Assembly: GCF_001194135.2 (NCBI RefSeq)
Contig: NC_068995.1
Location: forward strand, 14,974,227 to 15,038,226
From: Octopus bimaculoides
Taxonomy: Eukaryota
DNA length: 64,000 nt
Direction: 5' to 3'
Shown here: positions 24,055-36,662 of the stretch, one piece after another
How the letters are laid out: each line of letters begins with the position of its first letter
How positions within the stretch are numbered: position 1 is the first letter of the stretch
Program-made: the position numbers and the translations under genes
Notes under the pieces: generated by a model
Database searches by the model: none
Told to the model about the DNA's origin: nothing
What the model saw: only the letters and a program-made list of their open reading frames with translations

Positions 24055-24057
<3 letters not shown>

Positions 24058-24535
24058 TCATCATCAACATCATCGTTCGCTGTCAGTTTTCCATGCTGGC
24101 ATGGGTTGAATGGTTTAACTGAGGTCTAGAAAGCCAGTGGGCTGCACCAGGCTCCAATTTGATCTGACAATGTTTCTTCAGCCCTTCCTAATGCCCTTCT
24201 ACAGTACTTCCTAATGCCAACCACTCCAAGAGTCTAGTGGATGCTTTTTACATGCTACCAGCACAGGAACCAGTCAGGTGGCACTGGCATCAGCCACATT
24301 TGGATGGTGTCTTTTATGTGCCACTGGCATGGGAGCCAGTCAGGGGGCACTGGCCACAGCTATGATTCTGGTTTTACTTGACTCAACAGATCTTCTCAAG
24401 CATATCATATCACCTGACGCATCAAGGGTACTTTTAAATGGGCCGGACATGCAACACTGGCATCGGCCATGGCTGCGATCTCACTTTAGTTGCCAGGTCT
24501 TCTCAATCACAGCAGATCTCCAAAGGTCTCAACCT
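24055..24535 (-). mobile_element. SINE family C, long copy
   Basis: Reverse-complement tail catcatcatc...ccatgctggcatgggttg through ctccaaaggtctc. Confidence 0.8.
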
Positions 24536-24582
<47 letters not shown>

Positions 24583-25036
24583 TACAAACATACATACATG
24601 CACTCACACATATATACCTTGTAGATCAGTTGAATAGCGGCTGTCATTGTTAGGAGTGTAGCTTGACTTGAGCTGTGACCTTTTAAAGTAAAGTCATGTC
24701 AATGGGTGTTGCCAGAGTGGGAGGAAAATAAGTTGACATCAATAGAAACACATAGAAATATAACAACACACACACACACACATATTATGTATACTATACA
24801 CACACACACATATATATATATATACACCATATAATATATATATATATATATGTATAATATATAACACATATATATATATATTGTATACATATATATTTTA
24901 ATATATATGTGTGTGTATATGTACAAATGTATGTATGCATACATATACAATATATATAACATACTTATATAACGTACACACACACATACACTTCATACCA
25001 TTTTTTGTTTCTTTCAGATATATTGGCAGGATCAAC

Positions 25037-25180
25037 ATGGCAGATTTCAATTACATTACAGGAAATGAAAAGACACATTATGCCCATGGCTTTAGCTACC
25101 AGCCTCAGTGACTCAGAGATCACCTGCTTCTTAAATTTGACAAAGTCAAATATATTCAATGCCAGGAAAATTTTTTTCTA
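25037..25180 (+). pseudogene. Tc1/mariner-superfamily transposase N-terminal (HTH) fragment
   Basis: atggcagatttc start then frameshift into QEMKRHIMPMALATSLSDSEITCFLNLTKSNIFNARK, a pattern like Tc1-type N-termini (KR.....L....S..EIA.FL......V...RK). Confidence 0.5.
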
Positions 25181-25200
25181 CTCTAGGCACAAGGCCCAAA

Positions 25201-25475
25201 ATTTTTGGGGAGGGGAGCCAGTCGATTAGATCAGCTCTAGTACACAACCCCGGTACTTAATTTATCGACCCCGAAAGGGGGTCTGCAGGCATGGATCTTT
25301 GGTGCGAAGTTTAGTTCACAACCACACTTTCAGTGCATAAATTTTTGAGGAGGGGGCCAGTCGATTAGATCAGCTCCAGTACACAACTGGTACTTAATTT
25401 ATCGACCCCGAAAGGGGGTCTGCAGGCATGGGTCTTTGGTGCGAAGTCTAGTTCACAACCACACTTTCAGTGCAT
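25201..25475. repeat. Tandem duplication of a 138-bp chimeric SINE segment
   Basis: 25201-25338 and 25339-25475 are near-identical (gccagtcgattagatcagctc...gttcacaaccacactttcagtgcat). Confidence 0.9.
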
Positions 25476-25963
25476 GGCACCTTGGACAAGTGTCTTCTAT
25501 TTTGGCCTTGGGCTGACCAAAGCCTTGTGAGTGGATTTGGTTGATGGAAGCTGAAAGAAGTCTGTTGCATCAATAGACATACATGTAAATGTGTGTGCAA
25601 GTTACCCTCTCCTTGCCATGACATCACAGGATAGTTGTAAATGAGTGTCACCATCATGCAAGCGGTGTAATTTATTTTGTAAGTCTGGTCAAGGAGAAAT
25701 ATTACTTTACTTGGAACCAGATGAGGTGACAGAAAAAGCATCTGCCTGTATAAAATCCACCTCCACCAATTCCATCTAAACTATGCAAGTATCATTATCA
25801 TTATCATCATTTAACATCTATTGCCATGCTGGCATGGGTTGGATGGCTTGAGAGGAGCTGGCATGGCAAAAGGCCATACCAGGTTCCATAGACTATTTTT
25901 GGATCGGTTTCTACAGCTGGATTCTAGAGCTTTCTAATGCCAACCACTTTATTGAGTGTACTG

Positions 25964-26182
25964 AGTGCTTTCTATGTGGCACCAGCACCAGTGCTTTTTA
26001 CATGGCATCAGCACCAGTGCGTTTTATGTGGCATCAGCACCAGTGTGTTTTATGTGGCACCATCACCAGTGCTTCTTATGTGGAACCTTCATGTGGCACC
26101 AGCACCAGTGATTTTTACATGGCACCAGCACAAGTGCTTTTCATGTGGATCAAGAACCACTGCTTTTTACATAGCACCAAAA
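25964..26182. repeat. About 26-bp minisatellite (about 8 units) inside a SINE C copy
   Basis: Units of agtgctttt(a/c)(t/c)(g/a)tggca(c/t)cagcacc. Confidence 0.85.
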
Positions 26183-26399
26183 CTGAAAATTAAAAGGATG
26201 ATGACAATGATAATGATAGCAATGATGATGATGATGGCAATGATGCGCATGGAAGTGCTAAACTAGAGACAATTTTTAAGAGCCAATTGATCAGTTATAT
26301 TAATTATTGATAGGGGAAGTCAATACAGCAAATCAGAATTTTTCACTTAGCTTGCATTAATAATGATAAACAGCATTTTGTTGTTCCTTGGAAGCTGAA

Positions 26400-26854
26400 A
26401 AGAAAAAAAGTGAATGAATGGGGAAGATTTCTGATGAGAAGAAAGGGTAGACGAGGAAAGTGGGTGAGATAAGGGAGGGAAGGTGGACATGAGGGTAGAA
26501 AGAAGGAAAGGGTTGGAGAGGGAGAGATGGAGAAGGAGATGCAAACTAGGGAAGGGAAAAGGGCAGATGGGGGAGAGATAGGAAAAATAGGGGCAGGAGA
26601 GGGAAAGAAATAGGAGGGTGAGAAAAGATGAAAAAGGCAAAGAAGGCAAGAAGGAGGGAGAGGATATAAGAGAGGGAGAAGTGAGTGAAGGTGAGTGCAA
26701 GATAGGGAAAGAGAGAGGGGGGGGCGAGAGGAGGAGAAAAAGAAAGGGAAGAAGAGAGAGGAATAGAAAATAACTTGTGGTAAAAGCACCTGGCTAAAAA
26801 TAGAATGTGAAACTGTCTTCATCCAATTCCTGATGTCATTAAGAGGGGAAGAAG

Positions 26855-26890
<36 letters not shown>

Positions 26891-26899
26891 TACAGAGTG

Positions 26900-26935
<36 letters not shown>
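26400..26935. repeat. Polypurine tract ending in (AG)n
   Basis: Almost only A/G on + strand; (AG)n at about 26855-26932. Confidence 0.9.
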
Positions 26936-27289
26936 GTGCATTAGTTTGCAGAACATAACTGGAGGGTTGAGCAACATCTCATGAGTAATGCACTCCAATG
27001 GACATTCCAGCATGGTTGTATTATTACATTGGATTAGACATGTAGAGAAACCGTTGTCAATTAACTCTGTGTGAACACAGAACGTTGCCTTGCTGATCTC
27101 TCAAATGCTATGTGGGATCGTGAGATGGTGATGACCAGTTTGATCATTTCTTCTTTCCATCTCTCAATTGTCTGAAGTGACAAAAGTTGTGCCATGACAT
27201 GATAAAAGCGCCACGGGGATTTCATTCATAACATTACTGCTTGCAGAAATAGAGAAGAAATGAGAGAACTAAAGAAGAAAGAAAAGAAA

Positions 27290-27672
27290 CATGGCTGGGT
27301 GGTAAGCAGCTTGCTTACCAACCACATGGTTCCGGGTTCAGTCCCACTGCATGGCACCTTGGGCAAGTGTCTTCTACTATAGCCTCGGGCCGACCAAAGC
27401 CTTGTGAGTGGATTTGGTAGACAGAAACTGAAAGAAGCCTGTCGTATATATGTATACATATATATATATGTATGTGTGTTTGTGTTTGTCCCCCACCATC
27501 ACTTGACAATCGGTGCTGGTATGTTTACATCCCTGTAACTTAGCAGTTCGGCAAAAGAGACCGATAGCATAAGTACTAGGCTTACAAAGAATAAGTCCTG
27601 AGGTCGATTTGTTCGACTAAAGGCGATGCTCCAGCATGGTCGCAGTCAAATGACTGAAACAAGTAAAAGAGT
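27290..27672 (+). mobile_element. SINE family A, full length, low divergence
   Basis: Head, central motif, internal (TA)/(TG) tract and gactgaaacaagtaaaagagt tail all present. Confidence 0.9.
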
Positions 27673-27698
27673 AATAGGCACAAACATGACACTGTGGT

Positions 27699-28496
27699 TT
27701 AACCCATTAACTGCCAAATTTTTTTATTCATATTTTATGGCTTTGCCAAGTGTCTTAGGAGTTAAAATAATATATAGTATTTAAATTTTCTTCATATGTG
27801 AATTATTTTGGAAATTATGATAAATTTTTCAAAAAGTCCCAAATGGGGATTGCTAAGAAAAAGCATATTTATCCTTTTATATTCATTTGTAATAATAAAC
27901 ATTTTAGTTGTTTTGAAATTATAGTATCAAATGTGAATGTGTATGAAATATCAATGAATGATATAGATGGGAAATCATCATCATCATCGTTTAACGTCCG
28001 CTTTCCATGCTAGCATGGGTTGGACGATTTGACTGAGGACTGGTGAAATCGGATGGCAACACCAGGCTCCAATCTAATTTGGCAGAGTTTCTACAGCTGG
28101 ATGCCCTTCCTAACGCCAACCACTCAGAGAGTGTAGTGGGTGCTTTTACATGTCACCCGCACGAAAACGGCCACACTCGAAATGGTGTCTTTTATGTGCC
28201 ACCCGCACAAGCCAGTCCAGGGGCACTGGCAACGATCTCACTCGAAAATCCTAAAAAGAAAAAACGTTTTCAAAACAGTCAATACTTTTGCAGTTCAAAA
28301 ATTGTGATTTACAACATTAAACATCTTATAAAATTAGCCAGAGTTAATATAACAAGCTTTAACTGCCAAATATTCTTAAACACACCTCTGCAAATGCAAC
28401 GTACATAACCAATTCACTTTAAATACAACAAACAACTGGCAGTGGGGCTGTTTTTAGCAGATCCCCAAATAGGGCTCATGGCAGGCACTGGGTTAA
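27699..28496. mobile_element. piggyBac-like non-autonomous element with nested SINE C (about 27975-28250)
   Basis: TTAA|CCCattaactgcca ... tggcaggcactGGG|TTAA: TTAA flanks and 11/14 terminal inverted match. Confidence 0.55.
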
Positions 28497-28982
28497 GCTA
28501 ACTTTACAAAGTTGTGGTAGTGGGTTCAGTCCACTGCATGGCACTTTGGGCAAGTTTCTTCTACTATAACTCCAGGTCGGCTAAAGCTTTGTGAGTGGAT
28601 CTGGTTGATGCAAACACTTATTGGTGCTCAGGTGAAATATGTTTGTCACATATGTCAACTGCTAAAGTCAAATACACTGCAGTTACCGTGGAGAAAAAAT
28701 CTCTCTCTTATGGTAAAAAGGTGTGAAAACACACAGTTCGTTCAGTGTTGCCATCTCTCGAGAATCTCAGACATCGATGTTTTGAGTTTATTGATTCTTG
28801 TTGATGAGAGGCAACTCTGAATGAACTAAATAAGCTTGTAGCTTTATACATACACACACACATATATATATATATGTATGTATATGTATATATATATATA
28901 TATCTGATGAAGGAAAATATTCTCTATGTGGCCTGTGTTTTCTGTACTCTGGTTATTATTATTTTTTTGTCTATGTTTTGTT

Positions 28983-29077
28983 TGCAATGTCCTGTACCCA
29001 GATATGCACCTATATATACAGGTAGACGTACGTATGCACATACCTGTACGTATATATGCATATACTCATTTTTTATT

Positions 29078-29109
<32 letters not shown>

Positions 29110-29322
29110 NNNNNNNNNNNNNNNNNNNNNNNNNNNNNNNNNNNNNNNNNNNNNNNNNNNNNNNNNNNNNNNNNNNNNNNNNNNNNNNNNNNNNNNNNNN
29201 NNNNNNNNNNNNNNNNNNNNNNATAAAAACAAATAGTAAATGAGTATATGCATATATACGTACAGGTATGTGCGTACCGACATCCACCTGTATGTATAGG
29301 TGCATATCTGGGTACAGGACAT

Positions 29323-29326
<4 letters not shown>
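28983..29326. mobile_element. Fold-back element with about 105-bp diverged arms around a (TA)n/N-gap
   Basis: tgcaatgtcctgtacccagatatgcacc... versus ...ggtgcatatctgggtacaggacattgca; arms differ at several sites. Confidence 0.75.
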
Positions 29327-29363
<37 letters not shown>

Positions 29364-29893
29364 GTATGTGTAATCATGATTATCATCATTTAACATCCAC
29401 CATCCATGCTGGCACAGGTTGAATGGTTTGATAGGAAGCAGCCAGGCAGAAGACTGCACCAGACTTCTGTGTCTGTTTTGGTATGGTTTTTTATAGCTGG
29501 ATGCCCTTCCTAACACCAACCACACCACAGAGTTGACAGTGTTTTTTACATGGCACCAGCACAGACAAGGTCAATTTTAGCATGGTTTTCACAACTGGAT
29601 GCCCTTCCAAATGCCAACCACTTTGCAGTGTGGACTGGGTGCGTTTCACGTGGCACCAGCACCAAATTCCATTCACAAAACATTGGTCAACCTGAAGCAT
29701 TTATGGAAGACACTTTACCAAAAATATTATGCAATGAGATGAAATTCCAAACTACATGATTACATGAACTTCTTAACAACAGTCATACCTTGGCTGTTAT
29801 TATTCATGCCGAGAGTGTCCCTAAGTAATTCTCCTGAGTCATTATAATTTTTTTTTTTACACATACTTCTGTACATCGATGTAATTCTTATCC

Positions 29894-30120
29894 TTAACTC
29901 TTTAACATTTTAACTGGCTATATCTGGTCCATATATTCTTCCTGTTTCATGTTCAAACCAGTCAAATCCAGCTTCTCACACCTAATCTACAATATCATTC
30001 TAAAGAAAACAGGCACATCATCAAAATCTCAAAGATGCAAAATAATGCATGATTAATTTAAAACAATGTGAATAAATAAGTATTACATTTGACAGAATAA
30101 TCTGAATGCTAAAAGATTAA
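29894..30120 (+). mobile_element. piggyBac-type MITE (about 225 bp)
   Basis: ttaactctttaacattt ... gaatgctaaaagattaa with TTAA ends; homologous to 56226-56454. Confidence 0.8.
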
Positions 30121-30187
30121 TTTGGCAAATATGGTGATCAATGCTTTACTGAGGAGGTCTAATAACATTGAAACATGCCCTGAATTG

Positions 30188-30400
30188 AAGGCAGTGAGCT
30201 GGCAGAAATGCTTAGCGGTATTTCGTCTGCTGCTACGTTCTGAGTTCAAATTCCGCCGAGGTTGACTTTGCCTTTCATCCTTTTGGGGTCGATTAAATAA
30301 GTACCAGTTACGCACTGGAGTTGATATAATCGACTTAATCCGTTTTCCGTCCTTGTTTGTCCCCTCTGTGTAGCCCCTTGTGGGAATTAGAAATATGAAA
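30188..30400 (+). mobile_element. SINE family B, low divergence
   Basis: aaggcagtgagctggcagaa A-box, gagttcaaattcc B-box, gactttgcctttcatcc...ggggtcgattaaataagtaccag core, agccccttgtggg tail. Confidence 0.9.
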
Positions 30401-31893
30401 CATGCCCTGAGTTAGCTGCCATACTTGCTCAAATCAGATTAAATAAATATTAGCCAATACATAAATATTATTAATTTGATTTTTTTTATACTGGGGAAGG
30501 CCAAGAGAAAGAAGCTGTCACATTGAATTTCCAATACTCCAGCCCCCGCTATGTAGTTGAGGTGGCTTTTTCTTTTTCCTTTCTTGCAAGTTGTTTGGTG
30601 ATCTCACTAGTACCAGTGACATGAAAAAAAAAAAAAAAAAAGAAAGAAACCAGTACCCACAGTCAAGCAGTTGGCGATAGGAAGGGCATCCAACTGGAGA
30701 AACCATGCCAAAATTAACATTGGAGCTCAGAGCTCGATACAGCCCCCATGGTTCGTCAGATCCTGTTAAACCGTCCAATCCATGCCAGTATGGAAAACAG
30801 ACGTTAAATGATGATGATGATGATTATGATATTGTTTAATAGTAAAAAAACCTAAATATTTCTGTTGCTCTGTGAACGACGTATTTGCTTTGTCACAATC
30901 TTTTAATAGCGTTAAACTTTAATCTTAAGAGTAAATTCGTAATCCTGATACCATTTAGATTTTGTAGTCTTCATTAAAAAAAAAAATTATACTAAAACAA
31001 TTACAGCCCTCATATAAATGAATTATTAGAATATCAAATACATTTGCGAAACAAAATAGTCATCTAATTTTCCTAACTTTTGGCAGTAATTAAGGGCTGG
31101 CATTACGTCCAATTTTCCTTAATTCTGTAGTTTATCCGAGCCTATCGATTTTTTCAGAACAGGTCAATAATGAGGTCATTTTTTATAGCAATGACGAATA
31201 ATTGATTGAGACGAAAATTGAGTCACAAATTGCCTTATTTTATCGATTATAAAAGATGAGAAATTGATTGGGGTTTGTTTAACTGTATATAAACAGAAAT
31301 TCTATTTAATCTTACATTTATTTTGTTTATCATAACTATATTATACTTTTATGTATTTTAATTAAAATTGTCGATCTAAAAAAAGTCTGAATAACATTGT
31401 TCTGTAAAATTGCTGGACGTATCAAGATACATCGGAGAAGTACCTTGTGTGATATAATAAAATTATTTTCTCATCGGCCACATTTATAATTATCTTTTTT
31501 TTTAATTAATGAATTTAAAATTACAATAATGTGGAATAATTTATCTCAAAGTTTGTTTAAAATTGACTTCGATTTTTAGGTCTTGGATAAGAGCCTCAGA
31601 AACTGCTAAATAAATAAGTGAAAAAAAAAAAGAATATTTTTAATTAAAAGAAATTTTAATTTCTTTTTTACCAGAAACTAATTAGAGTTAGGGAATTTAC
31701 CGCTGCAGCATTGTGTTGTGTATATAGATATATTTCGTTTGCATATGAAGTGTATAAAAATGTATTAAGTTTGCATCTGTAATTACATTTTCTTAATAAA
31801 TTGAAACTAGAAGTAAGACTTCACAGAAAATGGAACAAACTTATGTATGCACATGCGGACGTGTATGTGTGTATCTATCTATCTATCTATATC

Positions 31894-31934
<41 letters not shown>

Positions 31935-33132
31935 NNNNNNNNNNNNNNNNNNNNNNNNNNNNNNNNNNNNNNNNNNNNNNNNNNNNNNNNNNNNNNNNNN
32001 NNNNNNNNNNNNNNNNNNNNNNNNNNNNNNNNNNNNNNNNNNNNNNNNNNNNNNNNNNNNNNNNNNNNNNNNNNNNNNNNNNNNNNNNNNNNNNNNNNNN
32101 NNNNNNNNNNNNNNNNNNNNNNNNNNNNNNNNNNNNNNNNNNNNNNNNNNNNNNNNNNNNNNNNNNNNNNNNNNNNNNNNNNNNNNNNNNNNNNNNNNNN
32201 NNNNNNNNNNNNNNNNTCATCGATATTGTGTATACATGCACTTTAAATGCAAACGAAATATATATATATATATATATAAAGTACTTTAGTTGTAAATCCC
32301 CAACCCTAAATCACCTACTTTAAAATAGTTTCTTAATTTAGGTGAAGGGTCGAATAGATCACCCCACTTTATATCTTGTTTGTTTTCCAAAAGGATTCCT
32401 TTCTTCAATAAGAAATGTTACCATTAAAAAAAAAAATCGAAATAAGAAAGAACCGGCTTTAAAAATTTTTTTATTTCCTCTCCTTCCCCTCTTCTACCAT
32501 CTTTTATTTAAATTTTTTCCGAAATTCTCTATTGGAGCACGGTGTCGCTTTTAACCCTTTAAGGTTAATAGAAAGATTACGGTCTTTGCTGATTGTTTAT
32601 AATTTCCCATTTTCATATAGTAATCATAATCCAAAACTGTGATTAATTAAATTATTTTTTAAAATTTAAGATATTCAGCGGGATTTAAGAAGAAAACTAA
32701 GTGAAACGAACAAAGAGCTGGAATATATGCCGTTTCGTCAGACTTTAAACGAAAAAAAGAAATGAGACAATCTAAAACATTCTGTGAGATTCTTTCACTG
32801 CCATAAGCACCTGGACTTTAGAGGCGGAGACAGTATGGGAATGAAAAGTTCCAACGTTAGTCTTTGTTTTCTGATAACCGAAACAGGATGATATTCTTCG
32901 TTTCAATTGGCCGAGAACTTACCACGGTACTAAGGAGTCAGTCTGTGTAATTACAACAACTGCAATAATCACTAAGTAATTAATTAGTTTTGCAAAATAG
33001 AACTCAAAACATGAATATATATATTTATTATTATTAATAATCGGCAAAAGTAACAGTGACTCGAAACCGCGTTACGTGAATTGTGACTTCTCAATCAGGT
33101 AATTAATTTATAAAACGTCCTTCCTAATTAAT

Positions 33133-33421
33133 TACATGGTTTCAAGCTCAGATCCTACTGTGTGACAATTTGGACAGATTTCCACGATAGCCCGAGGGCC
33201 GACCAGTCTTGGGAGTTGATTTGGTAGGCGAAAAGTGAAAGTAGCCCGTCATACAAACACACATGTTTGTGTTTTTTTTTACCCTACCACTGCTGGTTTG
33301 TTTACGTTCCCGTAGTTTAGCGTTTCAGCGAAGCATAGCGTTAGAATAAGAACCAGGCTTTTAAAACTCATCAAAGAAGTACCGTGCATGGCCACACTCA
33401 ACTGAAATAAACAAGATAAGA
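33133..33421 (+). mobile_element. Diverged SINE family A upstream of GMPS
   Basis: gggccgaccagtcttgggagttgatttggtaggcgaaaagtgaaagtagcccgtc and later family A motifs. Confidence 0.65.
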
Positions 33422-33439
33422 CTAATTTAAATGCTTGAT

Positions 33440-34062
33440 TGATTTCAGTTAACTCCCTTACATCGCCGACCGCCGCCGCCGCCGATTTAACTTCCGTTAT
33501 GCTGTTAAATAAGGCGCCAACTGGTTTGCAACCTGGATAGAAACTCTCGCTGTTTGAATTATACTGTTATCGTTAATATGTGTTTATGAAGAGAAAAAAA
33601 AAATTATGATATCAATATAAATTATTTTTTATTATTGTGAGCGTGTAGCTGTGATCAACTGTGTATCTCTGTTCGATTATTTTTGCATCAACGATTCGGC
33701 TACCCACGCATTTCGTACACATACGTATACATGTTCAGTCAGACGCACACAGATATACCATACTAAAGTCATCGCAGTTGCTTGTTCGGTCTCTTTCGTC
33801 TGTAACCGCTCCGATCGTGTTGATCGATAATTGTTGACTTTTTTTGCTGATGTTGTGTATGTATATTTTTACTAGTAGTACATTATGAATTAATTCTTAC
33901 AACATATTGGAAACTATACATCGAAGGAATTCTACGCCGGACTTATTCTACCACCACTGCCGCTATCACTACTATTGATAAATATACAGCGAAACTAATT
34001 CCAACCCGTTACATAACTGTATACCGAAGCGCACCAGTCTTTATTCACCAACGAGGACAGAG
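33440..34062. promoter_or_regulatory. CpG-retaining putative promoter/5' UTR of GMPS
   Basis: (GCC)n run 33464-33483, ETS-like acttccg near 33491, many CpGs compared with flanking repeat DNA, directly upstream of the ATG. TSS not determinable from sequence. Confidence 0.55.
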
Positions 34063-36132
34063 ATGACAGAGGAACCAATAGCAAATGGAGGAGATGAACA
34101 GACGGATTCCACGTGTGATAAAGTGTGCATTCTTGATGCGGGCGCCCAATATTGCAAGGTCATAGACAGGAAGATTCGAGAATTGATGGTGAAAGCGGAT
34201 ATTTTACCTCTAAACACACCAGCACGTAAAATTAAGGAATTAGGTTACCGAGCTATCGTTATATCGGGTGGACCGAGCTCTGTTTATGCCGATGATGCCC
34301 CGGACTACGATACCGAAATCTTTTATTGCGGTCTTCCGCTGTTGGGAATTTGTTATGGGATGCAGATGATTAACAAAGAGTTCAATGGCACTGTGATAAA
34401 GAAAGCTATTCGAGAGGATGGTCAGTTTACAGTTGATATCGAAACTTCGAGTCCTTTATTTAAAAACCTTGATTCGAAACAGAAAGTCTTACTGACCCAT
34501 GGCGACAGCGTGGATAACGTGGCTGATAAATTCAAAGTAATTGCTAAGTCTGGGGATCTTATTGCAGCGATCAGTTGTGAAGAGAAAATAATGTACGGTG
34601 TACAGTTCCATCCTGAAGTTGATCTAACGGAAAACGGACAAGATATTCTACGGAATTTCCTCTATGATATCGCGAGCTGTTACGGCACATTCACTATGGA
34701 ATCGCGGGAAAATAAATGTATCCAACACATCCGTGAGGTTGTAGGAAACAAGAAAGTTCTGATGTTACTTAGCGGTGGTGTTGACTCTACTGTTTGTGCT
34801 GCTTTACTCAATAAATCACTAAAAAGTGAACAAATACTGGCCATTCATATCGACAATGGTTTTATGAGGAAGAACGAAAGCTCTCAAGTTGAAGAATCTT
34901 TAAAGAAAATCGGTGTAAACGTGAAAGTGATCCGAGCCGCGGAAATCTTCTATCACTCCACCACAACTGTTCCTATTAACAAAAACGACCCACAGTCCAC
35001 CAGACGGGAAACTAACTCTCTAAACAACTCTTGCAACCCGGAGGAAAAACGAAACATTATCGGAGATACGTTTATGAAAATCGCTGACGATACTTTGAAA
35101 GAAATGAAGTTGAACCCAGAAGATGTAATTCTTTGCCAGGGTACCTTACGGCCTGATCTCATCGAAAGTGCTTCTCAATTAGCAAGTTTTAAAGCAAATG
35201 TTATTAAAACTCACCACAACGACACTGAATTGGTGCGCTTATTGCGGAAAGAAGGACGTGTTATCGAACCCTTAAAGGACTTTCATAAAGATGAAGTGCG
35301 AATTATAGGCAAAGATTTAGGCTTACCTTCAGAAATTGTGATGCGACATCCATTTCCAGGCCCCGGTTTGGCTATTCGTGTAATATGTGCTGAAGATAGA
35401 TATATGGAGAGAGATTTTGATGAAACTAACCAGCTCCTAAAAATTATTATCAACTTCCACAATGCCATGAAAACTTCGCCTACCTTCCTGGATGTCGTTA
35501 AAGAAAAACTGCCTGTTGATGAACAAACCCAACTAGCCACGTTGACGGCCAGTCTGGAGTGTATGAGCGCTCATCTCTTGCCCATCAAAAGCGTCGGGGT
35601 TCAAGGAGATCATCGTACTTATAGCTATGTCGCTGCCTTATCAGGAGACTCTAAACCTAATTGGAATATCTTTATGATGTTGGCGAAATTTATTCCTAAA
35701 ATATGCCACAACATAAATAGGATTGTCTACGTGTTTGGTGATAGAGTTCGATACCCAATCAACGATATTACACCCACCTACCTGGCTGAAGACGTGCTTG
35801 CTACTCTCAGGCAAGCGGATTATGTAGCCACAAAAACATTACAAGAATCTGGATATATGTCGAAGATTAGCCAAATGCCCATAATCATTTGCCCTGTCCA
35901 TTTCGATCGGGATCCTGTGAACTGTGTACCTTCGACAAAACGATCTATCGTCATTCGAACATTTGTCACAAATGACTTTATGACTGGGGTACCTGCTACA
36001 CCTGGTTCTAATTTGCTACCTGAAGAGGTCCTTAGTTCCATGGTTGATAGCATACTCAGTACTGTGCCCAGCATTTCTCGTGTGATGTATGATCTTACTT
36101 CTAAGCCTCCTGGTACCACAGAGTGGGAGTAA
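34063..36132 (+). CDS. GMPS: GMP synthase [glutamine-hydrolysing], single uninterrupted ORF, 689 aa
   Basis: Class I GATase domain ([13 protein letters not shown] Cys97, QFHPE His183/Glu185), ATP-pyrophosphatase P-loop SGGVDS (Ser237), [29 protein letters not shown] and C-terminal KPPGTTEWE; eukaryote-type length and inserts. Confidence 0.98.
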   Translation: MTEEPIANGGDEQTDSTCDKVCILDAGAQYCKVIDRKIRELMVKADILPLNTPARKIKELGYRAIVISGGPSSVYADDAPDYDTEIFYCGLPLLGICYGMQMINKEFNGTVIKKAIREDGQFTVDIETSSPLFKNLDSKQKVLLTHGDSVDNVADKFKVIAKSGDLIAAISCEEKIMYGVQFHPEVDLTENGQDILRNFLYDIASCYGTFTMESRENKCIQHIREVVGNKKVLMLLSGGVDSTVCAALLNKSLKSEQILAIHIDNGFMRKNESSQVEESLKKIGVNVKVIRAAEIFYHSTTTVPINKNDPQSTRRETNSLNNSCNPEEKRNIIGDTFMKIADDTLKEMKLNPEDVILCQGTLRPDLIESASQLASFKANVIKTHHNDTELVRLLRKEGRVIEPLKDFHKDEVRIIGKDLGLPSEIVMRHPFPGPGLAIRVICAEDRYMERDFDETNQLLKIIINFHNAMKTSPTFLDVVKEKLPVDEQTQLATLTASLECMSAHLLPIKSVGVQGDHRTYSYVAALSGDSKPNWNIFMMLAKFIPKICHNINRIVYVFGDRVRYPINDITPTYLAEDVLATLRQADYVATKTLQESGYMSKISQMPIIICPVHFDRDPVNCVPSTKRSIVIRTFVTNDFMTGVPATPGSNLLPEEVLSSMVDSILSTVPSISRVMYDLTSKPPGTTEWE

Positions 36133-36656
36133 TTAATTATCTACCTCAACTCCAAGAAATTCCTCAAAACAACCTTAATTTCCCGTATTGGTTTGGTTTG
36201 TTTTTATATTCTATTTTACTCCAGTCGAAGAAGTAAAGAAACAGATCTGATATTTAACTGATTTTTGTTTTATACTCCTATTATTGTTATTGTTTTATTA
36301 TTTGTTATGTGAAATTTCAAGGAATATTTTTCATCCTATTTTTCCCAATCATATCAAAACAAAGGTTTGCTATATTTTTTCTTATCTCTTGTATGAAAAT
36401 ATTTCATCTTTCTCCCCCCCCCCCTTCATTTCTTTCTATGATATTTTTACCCATTTCTTCTTTATCTCCTTCCCAAACTGAACTGGCGTTAAACACCCCA
36501 TCCATATGTGTTACCATTTTTGATCTACCTTTAATTCCAAGTTTTCCCTACCTTCTTGGCCCACACAATCTCCAGTATACTTTAATTTCTCTTATCTATC
36601 AATCATACTTGCTTTGGGCAGGTTACTAGTTTGAACAAATTTGGGTATATCGCCAA

Positions 36657-36662
36657 AATAAA
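36657..36662 (+). terminator. Candidate GMPS polyadenylation signal AATAAA
   Basis: First AATAAA I saw downstream of the stop (about 525 nt); ATTAAA at 36666 and 36753 are alternatives. Confidence 0.35.

Noticed and set aside
25964-26182. CRISPR-like array
   Set aside because: Degenerate head-to-tail units without unique spacers, inside a SINE, eukaryotic context, no cas genes.
34953-36119. Three antisense ORFs within GMPS
   Set aside because: Shadow ORFs opposite a real coding sequence; no motifs.
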